A stretch of DNA of 61,992 bases, counting the filler, from Choristocarpus tenellus KU-1152 (lineage: Eukaryota; Protista; Phaeophyceae): the NCBI GenBank assembly GCA_964200185.2. It is 13 parts of 13 records of this genome, joined end to end, with 100 filler letters (N's around TTAATTAATTAA, not from the genome) between each part and the next. Parts side by side here need not be neighbours in the genome. Positions count along the whole stretch, not along the records: positions 13,569 to 21,451 come from CAXNAD020005449.1; positions 21,552 to 25,962 come from CAXNAD020014684.1; positions 26,063 to 28,602 come from CAXNAD020026930.1; 10 more parts are not named here. One strand, written 5' to 3'. The position numbers were made by a program, and so were the translations under genes. Below, piece by piece: positions 13,985 to 26,098 of this stretch. Numbering within the stretch: the stretch's first letter is position 1; the number at the start of each line of letters is the position of its first letter. The notes beneath the pieces were generated by a model. The model was not told the origin of the DNA. It did not search any database and saw only the letters and a program-made list of their open reading frames with translations.

Positions 13985-15005
13985 CTAATGATAGCCATGC
14001 GACGTATGGGGTGCAAGGGCAAGAACCAAAGCATGGGAATAGAAGGATGTACGTGTTATCAACCCTTTTGTTACGATACCCACAAGGCCACCCTGGCCCT
14101 TACCCTCAGCCGTACTGAACACTTGGTCACAAGCAAGTCCCAGCTCGATTCCTTGGTGTGACACCAGGTCAGCCACCCTCTTATCTACTGTAAAGCTACC
14201 CGTTCGTGACAAGCCCCATTCCCCAGCACTGGACAAGACTGCTGCCCACGCGAAGCAGTACATGGAGCTCGCAGTTGTCGCCCCTGTCACCTCCTTTGCG
14301 GGGCACGCATCGTCAGTTGTTCTCTCCTCCTTGTTTGGACCAGGCTCGATGTGCACTCCACCCTCCTCCAAGAGCACAACCAGCGGTGGAAGTGGAGTGG
14401 GGCAAGGCCGATCAAGTGTGCTTGGTGATGTGCCGAAATATTTTGTAAAGGATATTCGGTCATTGCGATACACTTAGTGTTGCGTCAAGAACTCATTAAC
14501 ACTGCATTTCGAGCTGCCTATAATGGTGACGAGGCAATGAATGATGGGGACGCAGCACCAATCCAAGCTAAAAACATAGAACATTAAATATGCCGCATAC
14601 CAGACCCACGGCGAAGGATGGTATTGCCCCATTGTGATCAGTGGCGTACGCTAGTGACGCTGCACGAGCTCGGTTAATCGCACCAGCCTTTGTTGTATCG
14701 TCTCCAATTGGCTGGTCAGGCACACCGGACACCGTGATGGAACCTACAATATCCACCTCGTGATCTGGAAAGACGAGTAAAAATGCCTCTCGTACAGCAG
14801 CTATCTTAGCAGCACTTTTTGAACCTGTTCAATGTGGGAGTGGTCCAAACAGGAGTGGTAGTACAGTACTTACTTGGGATGATAGGGAGGACAAAGAAGC
14901 ACAACAAAAAATTGGACGTATCAGATAAATGGCGGTGAGCACTAGAGCAAGCATCCAGCAATTGGTACCGGTCTCACCGACTACCACAGTAAGAGTCGGA
15001 GGCAT
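13985..15005 (-). CDS. yjjX: Inosine/xanthosine triphosphatase (YjjX / NTPase_I-T family), complete, 210 aa
   Basis: Exons 15005-14978, 14824-14601, 14365-13985 (633 nt). Motifs VVVGSKSAAKIAAV, SGVPDQPIG..T..GAINRA, VGL|EGG, ELG.ACD, GLVGIVTKGLITR..FY.HALVLAL. Confidence 0.92.
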
Positions 15006-15145
15006 CGAAGTTGGGGTCTTTTTCGGATGTGATTATGTGTTTATCACGTTCAAAGTTCGTAGCGCCCACACACCACCTATATTGCTCTGGAGCCAGAACG
15101 CGCGTCCAAACTACGAACATACACCTTTGTCACTAATCACCAAAA
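15006..15145. promoter_or_regulatory. Putative 140-bp bidirectional promoter (yjjX-like / nucleotide-sugar transporter)
   Basis: Start codons at 15005 (-) and 15146 (+); CpG-rich. Confidence 0.55.
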
Positions 15146-17568
15146 ATGAAGCGACAACAAGCTCTGAATGGGTGTAGCAACCCGGGGCATGACCATTCCA
15201 ATTCGCATGGTCCCTCGGATGGTGCTAGCGGGGCCTTGGCGTCTTCTGTGGCTGACCCAAACACCGAACCTTCGAACAAAGGCAAGGGACACCTCTTCAT
15301 GGGTTTACTTGCCTTCCAATTTGGGTTGCAGCCATTGCTCCAAAAAGCTTGCCTTGATAAGGACGCAGTGAACAAGACCTCTTTTGTGATCGTGGCTGAG
15401 ATCATAAAAATATTTTTATGCCTCCTCGCCATACTCTCCGGTGGCCCAAGGGCATGCCGGTGAGCTCTTCGAGGTCAAGGTTTTTCGAGGCAATTGGGAG
15501 TGGTAGAGGTAGGGATACCCCGATGGGTCCGTCGAAGCGGCTTGGTTAAGTTTCATTGCTACCCTTAACCAACTCTAACCTGTTGACGTGTTCTATAATG
15601 ATAGTACTTCACTGGAGGTCGACCAGTGGCCTGCTAAGTATCTGGTGCCCTGTGAATTGAAAACAGGAACGGTAGACTTTGTTTTTGTTTCCCAGGCTTG
15701 TGCAGTATTTGTTATTGATACATAGTTTGAAATTGTAGAGGCATAAATATGCCTCTTGCTAAAAAATTCTCCATCAACGGCTGGACAGTACCTCTAACTC
15801 TTCCTCGTTACCTGCTACTCTCGGTTTATTTGACACACTATGGTCCTCATGCAGAGCAATGTTTCGTTCGTGGTCGCTTCAGAGTAGTGTCGTCGCCGCG
15901 GCGGTGCCAGCAGTGCTGTACGCACTTCAAAACTGGCTGGCTCAGCTGGCCTACATGAATCTCGACTCTCTCACATACAACTTGCTGAACCAGACCAAGA
16001 CACTATTTGCTGCTATTTGCCTGTACGTTGTGATGGGGCGTAAGCAATCAATGATTCAAATCCTGGCATTGACTATGTTGCTGTGTGCAGCACTGCTATT
16101 GAACGCCCGTGGCGGCAGCAATGGTAAGGACGGTGGAAAGGTCGTGATGAATCCAGGAGGAGGCAAGGACTTGGGCATGGACCCAGGGTGGATGTTAATG
16201 GAATCACGCCTCTGGCTCGGGATTCTGCCGGTGATGATGGCATCTTTTTTGTCGGGACTCTCAGCGTCGATAACCCAGCGGACACTGCAGTGGTATCAAC
16301 GTAACAGCTATCTCTTTTCCATGGAGCTTGCAATTTATGGGATTATTGCCTTGTCTTTAAGCACCCTCAAATCAGGGGACGGACAAAAGATTTTGAAGGA
16401 TGGATTCTTACATGGATGGACGCCTTTAACCATTCTACCAGCCTTCACACAGGCGGCTGGGGGCTTGGTGGTGGGGCAGGTGGGTGGACATGGACGAGAA
16501 TGGCATGCTTTACATTGATGCAGGTGTTGTAGAAACTCTAGGAGTTGGAGCAATTTTAGTGGGTATGTGACAAAGTGAGAGAGTGGACTCTTGGAAATTG
16601 TGTGTTAGACTAAGCGAATAAGGGCTTTGTAGAGTCAAAGTGCATTAGAAGTATATTTGGTGGAATTGAGCAGCCCTGAAAATCATTCATCTCATTGTCA
16701 AGAGTGTTATTCACTGGTGATGAGCCAAATTCCGTCAGAGCATTTTTGCTGTCTTGTTAACAATGTCTGTACACCACTCTGATTGCCCTTTCTGTGTTTG
16801 CATCAGGTAAAGCCCAACCCCTGACCCTATGCAAAAGCAGGGATTGCGTCCTCATTGACCACCAATGGCAAGTGTTCATTTTCAGATACTGTCCCAAGTG
16901 ACCTTGTAGACCCCTTTCCTCCACTGTGCCCTTCTCTCCCATCAAGGTAATCAAATATGCTGGTAGTGTGCAGAAGGGCTTTGCCCTGATTGCGGGCATA
17001 ATCATCACAGCAAGTGCTCAAACCATAATGGAGAATACTTCACTGACAATGGTGAGGACTGAGGATTAGGAGAACAGGGAAAGGGTGTGTGTGCCAAACC
17101 TGATGTCACTTTCTTGAACGAAGTATGTACTCTCTTAAGCTTTAGGATAAGTTGTAGCTGTTTTATTGAAGCAGTGTGAATTTGAAGGAAGCACAAATGT
17201 TCAATTTTGGACGCGACCTGGTTTTTATGCACTTCACTCTGAGATATCTGAGGGTCACACTTCTGATTCTTCTAGACAAGAGAACTCACAAGAAGTGGAA
17301 CATCAAAATATCCCCCTAGTAGTAGGTCATAGTGTATTAAAGGACAAGTTGCTGGTGTAAAGTGAGAGCTCAACTTTGCCGTACGAGGATAACCGTTCAC
17401 AACAGACTGCATCGTACTGAAACCTTAAACTGTGCTGCAAATCTGCTCTCCCATCCCTATCTTACTGCATGGCAGGCACACTGGATGTCAGCAGCCCTTG
17501 TGGCTGCTGGAACATACCTTCATACCAACTACCCACCTCGACAGCCTAACAAGAACAAGTCTTTGTAG
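15146..17568 (+). CDS. Nucleotide-sugar transporter (SLC35A-like, CMP-sialic acid/UDP-Gal family), complete, 378 aa
   Basis: Exons 15146-15459, 15855-16479, 16947-17051, 17476-17568 (1137 nt). Motifs EIIK, VPAVLYALQN, LLNQTKTLFAA, AAGGLVVGQ|VIKYAGSVQKGFA. Confidence 0.92.
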
Positions 17569-18915
17569 TGGTAATGGTAATGTTGATGGTGGATTTTGCC
17601 CATTTCGAAGTTTAGATAGTTTGTACTGTGTACTGATGTGTGTTTCCAGAGCAATACTTAGGTCAGAGCTATTCTGCAAGCCATTTCCTTCTCTTTTGTA
17701 CCTTGATTGAAGGGGTTGGTTTTCTGTGCTGCAATCAGGGTTGCATGCAAGGGACATGAGAGAGCCCCAATAAATCTAAAGCCCTTTCCAAAACGTTTGG
17801 GAGTATTTTTAACCAATATTTTTCTTTTAGGTGATGATACTGTTGTAATATAGGTATCATCTACAGTAGAGCACTTGAACTTATGTTTTGTGAACCCCCC
17901 TACTGTCTTTTGTGTGTTGTTTGGTATGTGCATTGTAGTTTAATTGGAAAGGTTTGTATGCTCTATGCATTACCAGTAGGATGAGAAACATCTTGTTTAG
18001 GAATTGTACAAGAAGCCCTTTTCTATGTGAAACAAATTTAAAGGTGGAAAAGGATGGATTAGTCATTTTATATATATATACATGCAGTCCAATTTTCAAT
18101 TAGAGCAGGCTCTAGATGACCTGCTGCTTCCTTGTATTCTCTTCTGGTTTGAAGTCTGTTTTGTTCCCCCCCTGAAATCACATCTGCAAAATGCTGGTAA
18201 GGATACAACACAATGCATGACCCCTCATACCCCCTGAAGTTTGGTCATGCCAACTCCATAAAATATCAGCAGCATTAACTGGTCATTCATACCTTGAAAA
18301 AGTAGTACAGTGAAATCAGTTGAGGGTGGAATTGCATTTTTGGTGGAAGGATTGGAACCACCCCCCATTCCCTGTCCGTTTTTTGTATGTCTTAATCCCT
18401 CCCCAGCATGGAACAATGATGTGTTTCTTGAAACAATTCTAGGTTTCAGTTCAGATTTAGGAGTATGTCGTGTGTTATGCAGTATATTACAGGCTCAGAG
18501 GACAAAGTTGAATGCCATGGAGAAGGCTAAAAGAGTCTCCTCCCAAGTCTCTCCCACAGTTCCCCCCAATGAATACACTTAGGATACACTATCAAACTTG
18601 GTAGTTCAAGTGGAACCAAGGAAGGGCTGGAGTTCTTATGTGCCCCTTGGACTCATGGTATAAGAAAACGATAAGCTACTAAATATACAACCAAGTGAAA
18701 GGGAAGGCTTCAAGGGTGCTGATACTGTTACTGCACCAAAGGGGGAATGAAACATTGAATCCCTCTGTTTCGAGGTCCATTCACTAGCACAACTTGGCAA
18801 AGGTGGAAAGGAGATACACCACCAGGAACCCAATTGAGTAAAAACCAAATGATGCAAGACAGAAAAGAGAAAGGGTTTGTAGGGGAAGGGATGATAAGTC
18901 GATCCTCTCGCTCAC

Positions 18916-21451
18916 CCCCTTGAGGTCATCACTACTCTCCTTACGTCCAGCAGCTGCTTGAAGTGTTCCAGAATCTGGGGGGATAGTGTGGACCTCTCTA
19001 CCAAACCCAGTGCCTCCTCACAGCTTTCTGTGTGGAAAGGTGGAATTGAGGCCATTGTGCCCTCTTTTGCCCCCCTGGCAGCATAAACACACTCAAGGTA
19101 GTCAAGAACTGGCCCCACCACCTCTCCTACACCATAGGCACTGGCTGTGTGTGGTAATGGGGGGGAGAGGGGTAAGGTTACACGGCAAGAATCATACTGT
19201 GTTGAGGAATTTGGTGGCATGGGGTGTTGCAGACACATATTCTAGTAGGTGATTCTACTTGAAAGACTGGGATTTATGTGTAAGAGTCTTGTTATGCAAC
19301 AGGAGACCAAGCAATGCCAGTGGGGCAAAAGTGTGCAGGATTTCAAAACAAGATATGCAAACCATACTATACATCCTACAAAAAAAAAAGACTTTTGAGG
19401 GAAAGTATCTTAAGAGGGTACTAATTTTGCCCTGTTTGTCTGTTTGGGGCTTGGCTGTCCACAGGTTTTAATGACATCTTACCTACTCTGAAAGGTTTTG
19501 GAGTGGGTAAATGTTTACGTTACGAAAAGGTGTGTCCAGAACAAGGATATTGACCACTTCCTAACAAACACAACAGTCAAAATTACATCAAAATCACAAC
19601 TTTGGATTTCGGTCCCAAAACGGATGCGACTCTACCCTCTAAGATACTTTCACTCATTTGTTACATCAGCAGTAGAGCAAGCAAAAAATGAGAGCATAAG
19701 CCCTTACCCTTTCACCCACACATGGAAGAAATTCCTGCCCCTGCCATACCCCAACAGGACTACACCAAATCGATCTACACTACTGTCTTCACCTGTCTGA
19801 AACTTCCCCACCGCCTCCTCCTGCACCCTCCAGAACTCCTCCATGGTTAGTAAGTTTCCTCCCTTTGACTTGACACCCACTCCACCAAGTTCAGTTGCTC
19901 TCGTTGTTGACCCAACATCATGGCTGGGGTGGAAGGAGGGGACTTCTCTTTTCAAGGGGAAGAGATCCAAGGAGGCCAAGCTCTTCAGGAAGCAGTACAC
20001 ATCGAATCGGACAGGATCGGGGAGGCGAAGGGCAAGCTTGCCCAGTGCCAAGGCACACACATGGCGCGTCTGTATTTTGCAGAACGTTGAAGAAAAAAAA
20101 TCCCATTCAGATGGGTGTGTGTGTGTGAGAGAGAGAGGAGGGCATCTTCTGCACTACAGAGGAGATCGATTCACCCCAGAATGAAATAAGAACTCTACAC
20201 TTGCACCAAGACTACTAGTAATGCAGCTAATTAATGCCACTCGTCGTATGAACTCTGCATCCACCAAAGTTCAGGAGAGAGGAGGAGAATGAAGAAAATG
20301 GTTATGTACCTCACATGTTTGGTGTATATATCCTGTGTACCAAGTCAATGTTAAAACATCACCGACACGAAGAGATTCATGTCACACCACAACTAACGCA
20401 GTGGAAGCTACCCCCAGAAAGGGAAGCTGTGGGTAGTTGTAACTGCCACGTAAGGACTGCAAACAGCTTAATCCAATACTGAAGATAGAGCGAAGCATCC
20501 CCTGCAGATTTGCCAATCCTCATCCAACAACGAGTCCAGACCTGGACAAGTAAACCAATTGCCAAGATTGTGTACCTTCAGAGCGTCACAAACTACACCC
20601 ACACCACATTCCACTTCCCCCCTTATCTCTCCCCCTCCATCCTCCTGCCCCTGGCACCTGAAAGTCCTCAAATGTCGCTGCCTGCTTGAGGCGCAGCATC
20701 AACGATATTGTCGCCCCATTCATTGCCCCGACCACTGGATGGGAGACAGTCCTTGTCCCTAGCTGACTAAATGCACTCCCACCTTGTCCTTCCACCAACG
20801 AATCGGAAGTCACCCCCCTCTCCCTTCCACTATCAGTGCCAACACCAGCATTTGAGCCTGAAGACCATATTCCCAGGAGCTCATTGAAAGCAGGGGCCTC
20901 AGCACTTTCTCCTGGTTGTGATGATGATGCTGGTTGGGTGGACTTGACCTGGGAAGTGTAGCCTGTAAGCTCACAGCAGTATTCCCCAAGAAACCAAAAG
21001 GCCAGGCGCTTGAGCCTTGTTGTGCGGGGGCAAGCAAAGGCGGGAGTCAAAAAGGGGTCAAGGGATGACAGTGTTGTGGGGGGGGGGGGAGCAGTTAAGT
21101 GTGGGTGTGTGTACAAGCACAGTGACACATGCCAGCAGCAGCAACAGCTTGGTGCCATTAGCACACAATGAGGAATAGAAGAAGAAATCACACTTCAAAG
21201 AACTCCATAAATGAACAAAAAACGAACAGCTTGTAAGAACCTATCAACAATTGCAGGGAAGGGTTTACACACACACACACACACACACCTTAGTACAGCC
21301 CCCCTTGACTCGAGGTACGATGATCGCAAAGATCTAAATGTCGCTATCCCACTCCCCCCTCCCTCACCCAGGAGTCCCTTGTCCCATGGGAGGGGGATTT
21401 CACCACCCAGGGTGGCCCCATCCCCCCCCCCCGCTTTTCCCCCCGCCCCCC
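18916..21451 (-). CDS. TSET/TPLATE-complex large subunit TSAUCER (TASH3-like), partial
   Basis: Exons 21451-21289, 21015-20658, 20069-19708, 19140-~18945/18916. LKRLAFWFLGEY, LRLKQAATFEDFQ|TRHVCALALGKLALRLPDPVRFDVYCFLKSLA and GEVVGPVLDYLECVYAA occur in the same order as plant TASH3 motifs recalled from memory. 3' end not resolved. Confidence 0.7.
19397..19655 (+). mobile_element. MITE family A copy (Sola2-like non-autonomous element)
   Basis: GAGGGAAAGTATCTTAAGAGGGTA ... TACCCTCTAAGATACTTTCACTC; flanks TTTT/ATTT (1 mismatch). In an intron of the TSAUCER-like gene. Confidence 0.9.
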
Positions 21452-21988
21452 NNNNNNNNNNNNNNNNNNNNNNNNNNNNNNNNNNNNNNNNNNNNTTAAT
21501 TAATTAANNNNNNNNNNNNNNNNNNNNNNNNNNNNNNNNNNNNNNNNNNNNTGGACTACACACCAGTTAATCCAGACGCCCTGCCCCAATTACCCCCTCC
21601 CCCAGCAGAATAGTAGTATAGTATAGTATAGTAGTAGTAAATCATACAAAAAAAGATAAATTGTTTAAATAAACAATTTTTTGCTATGATAAAGAGTGCA
21701 TGCCCTGCAACCAAAGAAGCATACACACCTAATATGTATATGTTACTGCAAACTAAAAATAGACGAGGTACAAAAATTATATTAAAAAAAAACAAACCTC
21801 GGTCAACACCCAACACCCCCCCTGTAGATGAATCACAAAAAAATAGTGGGACTAGAGCACACTCGTCCTCAACAACACCACTGCTCTGCACGCTGTTAGA
21901 TAGAACATTCCACACAAAAATGTATTGCTCTCTTGAAGTACCTTCCCTTACAGACATAGACATACTTGAAGGTACTTTGAAGGTATAC

Positions 21989-23578
21989 CTTTTCTGCGCG
22001 GAGAGAGTTGATTGTCAGCCAACCACAGATGTCACGCAGTACTTGTGCAGACTGCTGCCAAGGATCCATCGCCTATAAAAAACAAAAAAATGAAAATATA
22101 ATAATAAAAACACAATGTTCAAACCAAGTGGAGTAGGCGCAGAGCACAAAAATGTAAAATTAGTCACAAAAAGGTAAATAACAGTCACAATAAGGCACAA
22201 AAAGGTACACAACAGTCACAACAAGGCACAGAACGATCACAAAAAGGTACAAAACAGTCTCAAAAAGGTATACGTACAGACCATTCACTCCAACAGAGTG
22301 GTGAGTAGAAGGCAGGGGGAGCAGGGTCAGAAGGGTTGGGGAAGGGTGATGGCTCGGCCTATGACCAGACCAGACACCTTCCTTGGATACCCCCAAAAAT
22401 AAAATAAAATAATTCCCACAGAAGGTGGTCTTCACTGTAGTATGTAGCCAGGCGGTGTGATGAAGGCAAGAGTATATTCAACCAATCACCTGCAGTCTTG
22501 CCTCCCTCTGAGCACGTGTTATTCCTTCCCCTGCTGCAACTTGACTGCTCATCAGTCGAAGTACCTCTGGGATTAGCAGAACCTTTCAAAAATAAAAAAC
22601 AAATACAAAAAGAAATATATATATATATATATATATATAGTGAGAGAGTATCAGAGAGTGTCAGAGAGTGTCTTTCCACCAATGTTTGACAAATACAAAT
22701 ACAGATGCGTGTAAGTGTAAGGTAACAGAAATGTGTGAAACAGTTCCCGAAGTACATCCCTAACACACACAAAAAAGGGATTTCAGCACCTTGAGAAGCC
22801 TCTTTAACACAATAGAAAACTTCAGTAAAGTGATACTAATTAAAAACAAGTGAAACTGTCTTTGGTCCACTGAAGTTAAAAAGTTAAAAAGCAGCACACA
22901 CACCTGCCAAATTGTAAAAAAACATTCAGCGAGGCACCTGCACCCACATTCTTAATATTAATAGTATATTATTATCATCAATAATACATTCTTACCATTA
23001 ATATTAGTACTACATTCTTACCATCAATATTAGTACTACATTCTTAATATTAATAGTATATTATTATCATCAATATTAGTACTACATTCTTACCATCAAT
23101 ATTAGTACCACATTCTTAATATTAATAGTATATTATTATCATCAATATTAGTACTACATTCTTACCATTAATATTAGTACTACATTCTTACCATCAATAT
23201 TAGTACTACATTCTTAATATTAATAGTATATTATTATCATCAATATTAGTACTACATTCTTACCATTAATATTAGTACTACATTCTTACCATCAATATTA
23301 GTACTACATTCTTACCATCAATATTAGTACTGCATTCTTACCATCAATAATAGTACTAAATTCTTAATATTAATAGTATATTATTATCATCAATACTAGT
23401 ACTACATCAACACCAGACCATAACATCCAGCATAGATCAAACAACATCGATAAGGCCATTGACAAACCTGTTAGCTCTCCTTCCTCCCACCCCATACCTG
23501 ACCAATCACACCAATCACTATCATCCAATCTATGAAGCATCGATGTACAACAGGTATTCCAAATCATGAAGCATCACA

Positions 23579-23609
<31 letters not shown>

Positions 23610-25095
23610 CCTCTGGAGCAATGGTGTTCTAAGCCACCGCCAACAAGCACACTATGAACACCCTACAACATTCCGTTCTCCTCAACAGCTGCAATGAATC
23701 GCATCATCAAAATCTCGTAGTTCAAACTATCTACACTCCTAAGTAAGTACACTCCCAAGTAAGTACACAACTGACTACACTCCAACAAAAAAGGTACTTG
23801 TACCTTTACTTGGAGAACAATTTAATGACTACCTACGTACACAAGCACACAATCACCCGTAACTATATTACAAATAACCCTAACCCTAACCCTAACCCTG
23901 ACCTGAACTTTTTGTCCCTTGCCAATTCCTCTCATTCGGAAAGCCCCCTGTGCATAGTCCCTGAAGGTCATGTCCTTCCCAAGGGTTACAGCAGCCACCG
24001 CATTGAGACCCTGCTTGATATCCATGCCTACACAAAAAAACAAGTCACCAACATTAAGAGCCAACAAGACACATCATGCCCATCCCCCACCAAAACATAA
24101 CACATCAAACAACAGCAGCAGACACCAAAACGTTTAGTCAGTCAGGACATTTGGGTGTGTGTGGGGATGCTGCTGGCCCAATCCAAGATAACAGACTGTA
24201 TGGATGCAAGGTGCTACTGGCAGTATGCACTACAGATCCTTGGTGCAGGAGATAAATGTCACTGATGGTGTCTCTTTCAAAGGTCTACTAGCATACCACA
24301 GTACCAGTTGTCATACCCTATAACCCTAATACACACCCACACTTGTCCTGCATAGTTGTCACCTACAATCCTATAATATCACATGACAAAAGGTAATACT
24401 TCACAAAATACGCTTGTTGTCTGACCTTGGGAGATGGATGAAACTCTCCAAACTGCTTCACACACAAACCCTAACCCCAACCCTACCTCAGCACACTACA
24501 ACACCACCATCAACACAACTACACAATAAAATAAAATAAAATACCATTCCGCCTTACAAATACAGGCTACTCAAAAGCTAGCACAGCATTTGCTGATAGC
24601 CCTAACCATAATCTATTAAAAAAAAAAATTCAGTGAGTTCCTCAAGTAGAGAGTAGAACAGCCTCACGCTATAACAAAAACTAGAACAGGACAGTACCAT
24701 CAATACAAATAAACGCCTTTCAAGATCGTCGTCATCCTCCCAGTGTACCAGGCTCAAACCTGACATACCGTTTCAGTACCGATTCAGTCACCTAACCCCC
24801 AACAGATAATAATAAAACACACAAACTGAATATACCTCGAAAACATATTTCTAGTCCTCACAAAACATGTATCTATTGCCTAGGGTTAGGGCTATCAGCA
24901 AGGTGCAACCTTTGTCCTCTCTTGCCTGTGGTGTGAACCTGGTCGTAGAATGTGAAATGCCTGTCAGGGTGTATATGACACTGGGACAAAAGAAGCGGAC
25001 GCATTCCTCCAGATCTGGTGACAATCATCTTTCGGTCCTTGTTGTCAAGGTACACCACGCCCTCCAGGTCACTAAGACCCTCCTGCAGGAGATGC
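21989..25095 (-). CDS. DUF3638/DUF3645-family large protein, internal fragment (4 exons)
   Basis: Exons 25095-24926, 24027-23903, 22582-22490, 22072-21989. Motifs FTFYDQVHTTG|MDIKQ...AAVTLGKDMTFRDYAQGAFRMRGIGKGQ, LIPEV and LRDICGWLTINSLRAEK. Confidence 0.8.
22946..23407. repeat. Compound AT-rich minisatellite (26-bp and ~46-bp units), intronic
   Basis: Units ATTCTTACCATCAATATTAGTACTAC and ATTCTTAATATTAATAGTATATTATTATCATCAATATTAGTACTAC are interleaved. Confidence 0.9.
23875..23899. repeat. Interstitial telomeric-type (CCCTAA)n repeat beside a splice donor
   Basis: TAACCC x4. Shorter copies at ~5023, ~24886, ~28722, ~33936 and ~34160. Confidence 0.85.
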
Positions 25096-25615
25096 CTGCA
25101 CAAAAAAAAGAAATGTAATACTGTTAATAATTGGTCCCACCCATGCTCATAATCCCTCCCTCCCTCCCTCCCTCCCCTCCCTCCCAGCCCTATACTTTCA
25201 GTTTCAGTTTCAGTTTCAACACACACACACACACTAGAGAGGTGTCAACAAAATCAGGGATGTCTGTGTGAATGACACCAATGACTTGTCACCATTAGAT
25301 AGGAGCAATCATTATCACTATAATTACCATCACCATTAGATAGGTGCTGGCTAACCTAGTACTAATAAAATATTAAATGCAACATTAATATATGTGAAAA
25401 GCAAGAAACAACCAATATAAATAAATAAATAGGACAGTCTAATAAGAAATAATAAGAAACACACCTATCATCATATCCTCGTCCTTCTAGCCAATTCCAA
25501 AGTACTAACTACTATATTCCACAAAGAAAAGAATTGCCGCTTGGCCATCATCACCCCCCTCCCCTGTCCATCACAACGAATCACTTACTAGCCCCTAATA
25601 TCATCAACTCTTAGA

Positions 25616-25718
25616 ATAACACTAACAATAATAATAATAATAAAAATATTAACACTAACACTGATAATAATAATAATAAAAATATTAACACTAACACTGA
25701 TAATAATAATAATAATAA
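25616..25718. repeat. ~36-bp tandem duplication built on (AAT)n
   Basis: AATAATAATAATAAAAATATTAACACTAACACTGAT is repeated. Confidence 0.8.
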
Positions 25719-26062
25719 AGAGTTGACTTTGCTGCGCAAATAGCAAGAAAAAATGATAAGAATATACTCACAATACTGCAGAGTATTTAAAAAAAGATAA
25801 CACAAATATCAGTACCCCCCGAATGTCCTAATCAATCAAACGCTACAAAAACAAAACACAAAATCGCTTGACGAGCACCCATTCCCCCCCCCCCCCCAAC
25901 CTTTACACACTCACACTTCTATCCCTAAATTTCCCCAACAGTTAACACATTCATCGAATCAANNNNNNNNNNNNNNNNNNNNNNNNNNNNNNNNNNNNNN
26001 NNNNNNTTAATTAATTAANNNNNNNNNNNNNNNNNNNNNNNNNNNNNNNNNNNNNNNNNNNN

Positions 26063-26098
<36 letters not shown>

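Noticed and set aside
22946-23407. Possible CRISPR-like array
   Set aside because: No unique spacers; it is an intronic tandem minisatellite in eukaryotic DNA with no cas genes.
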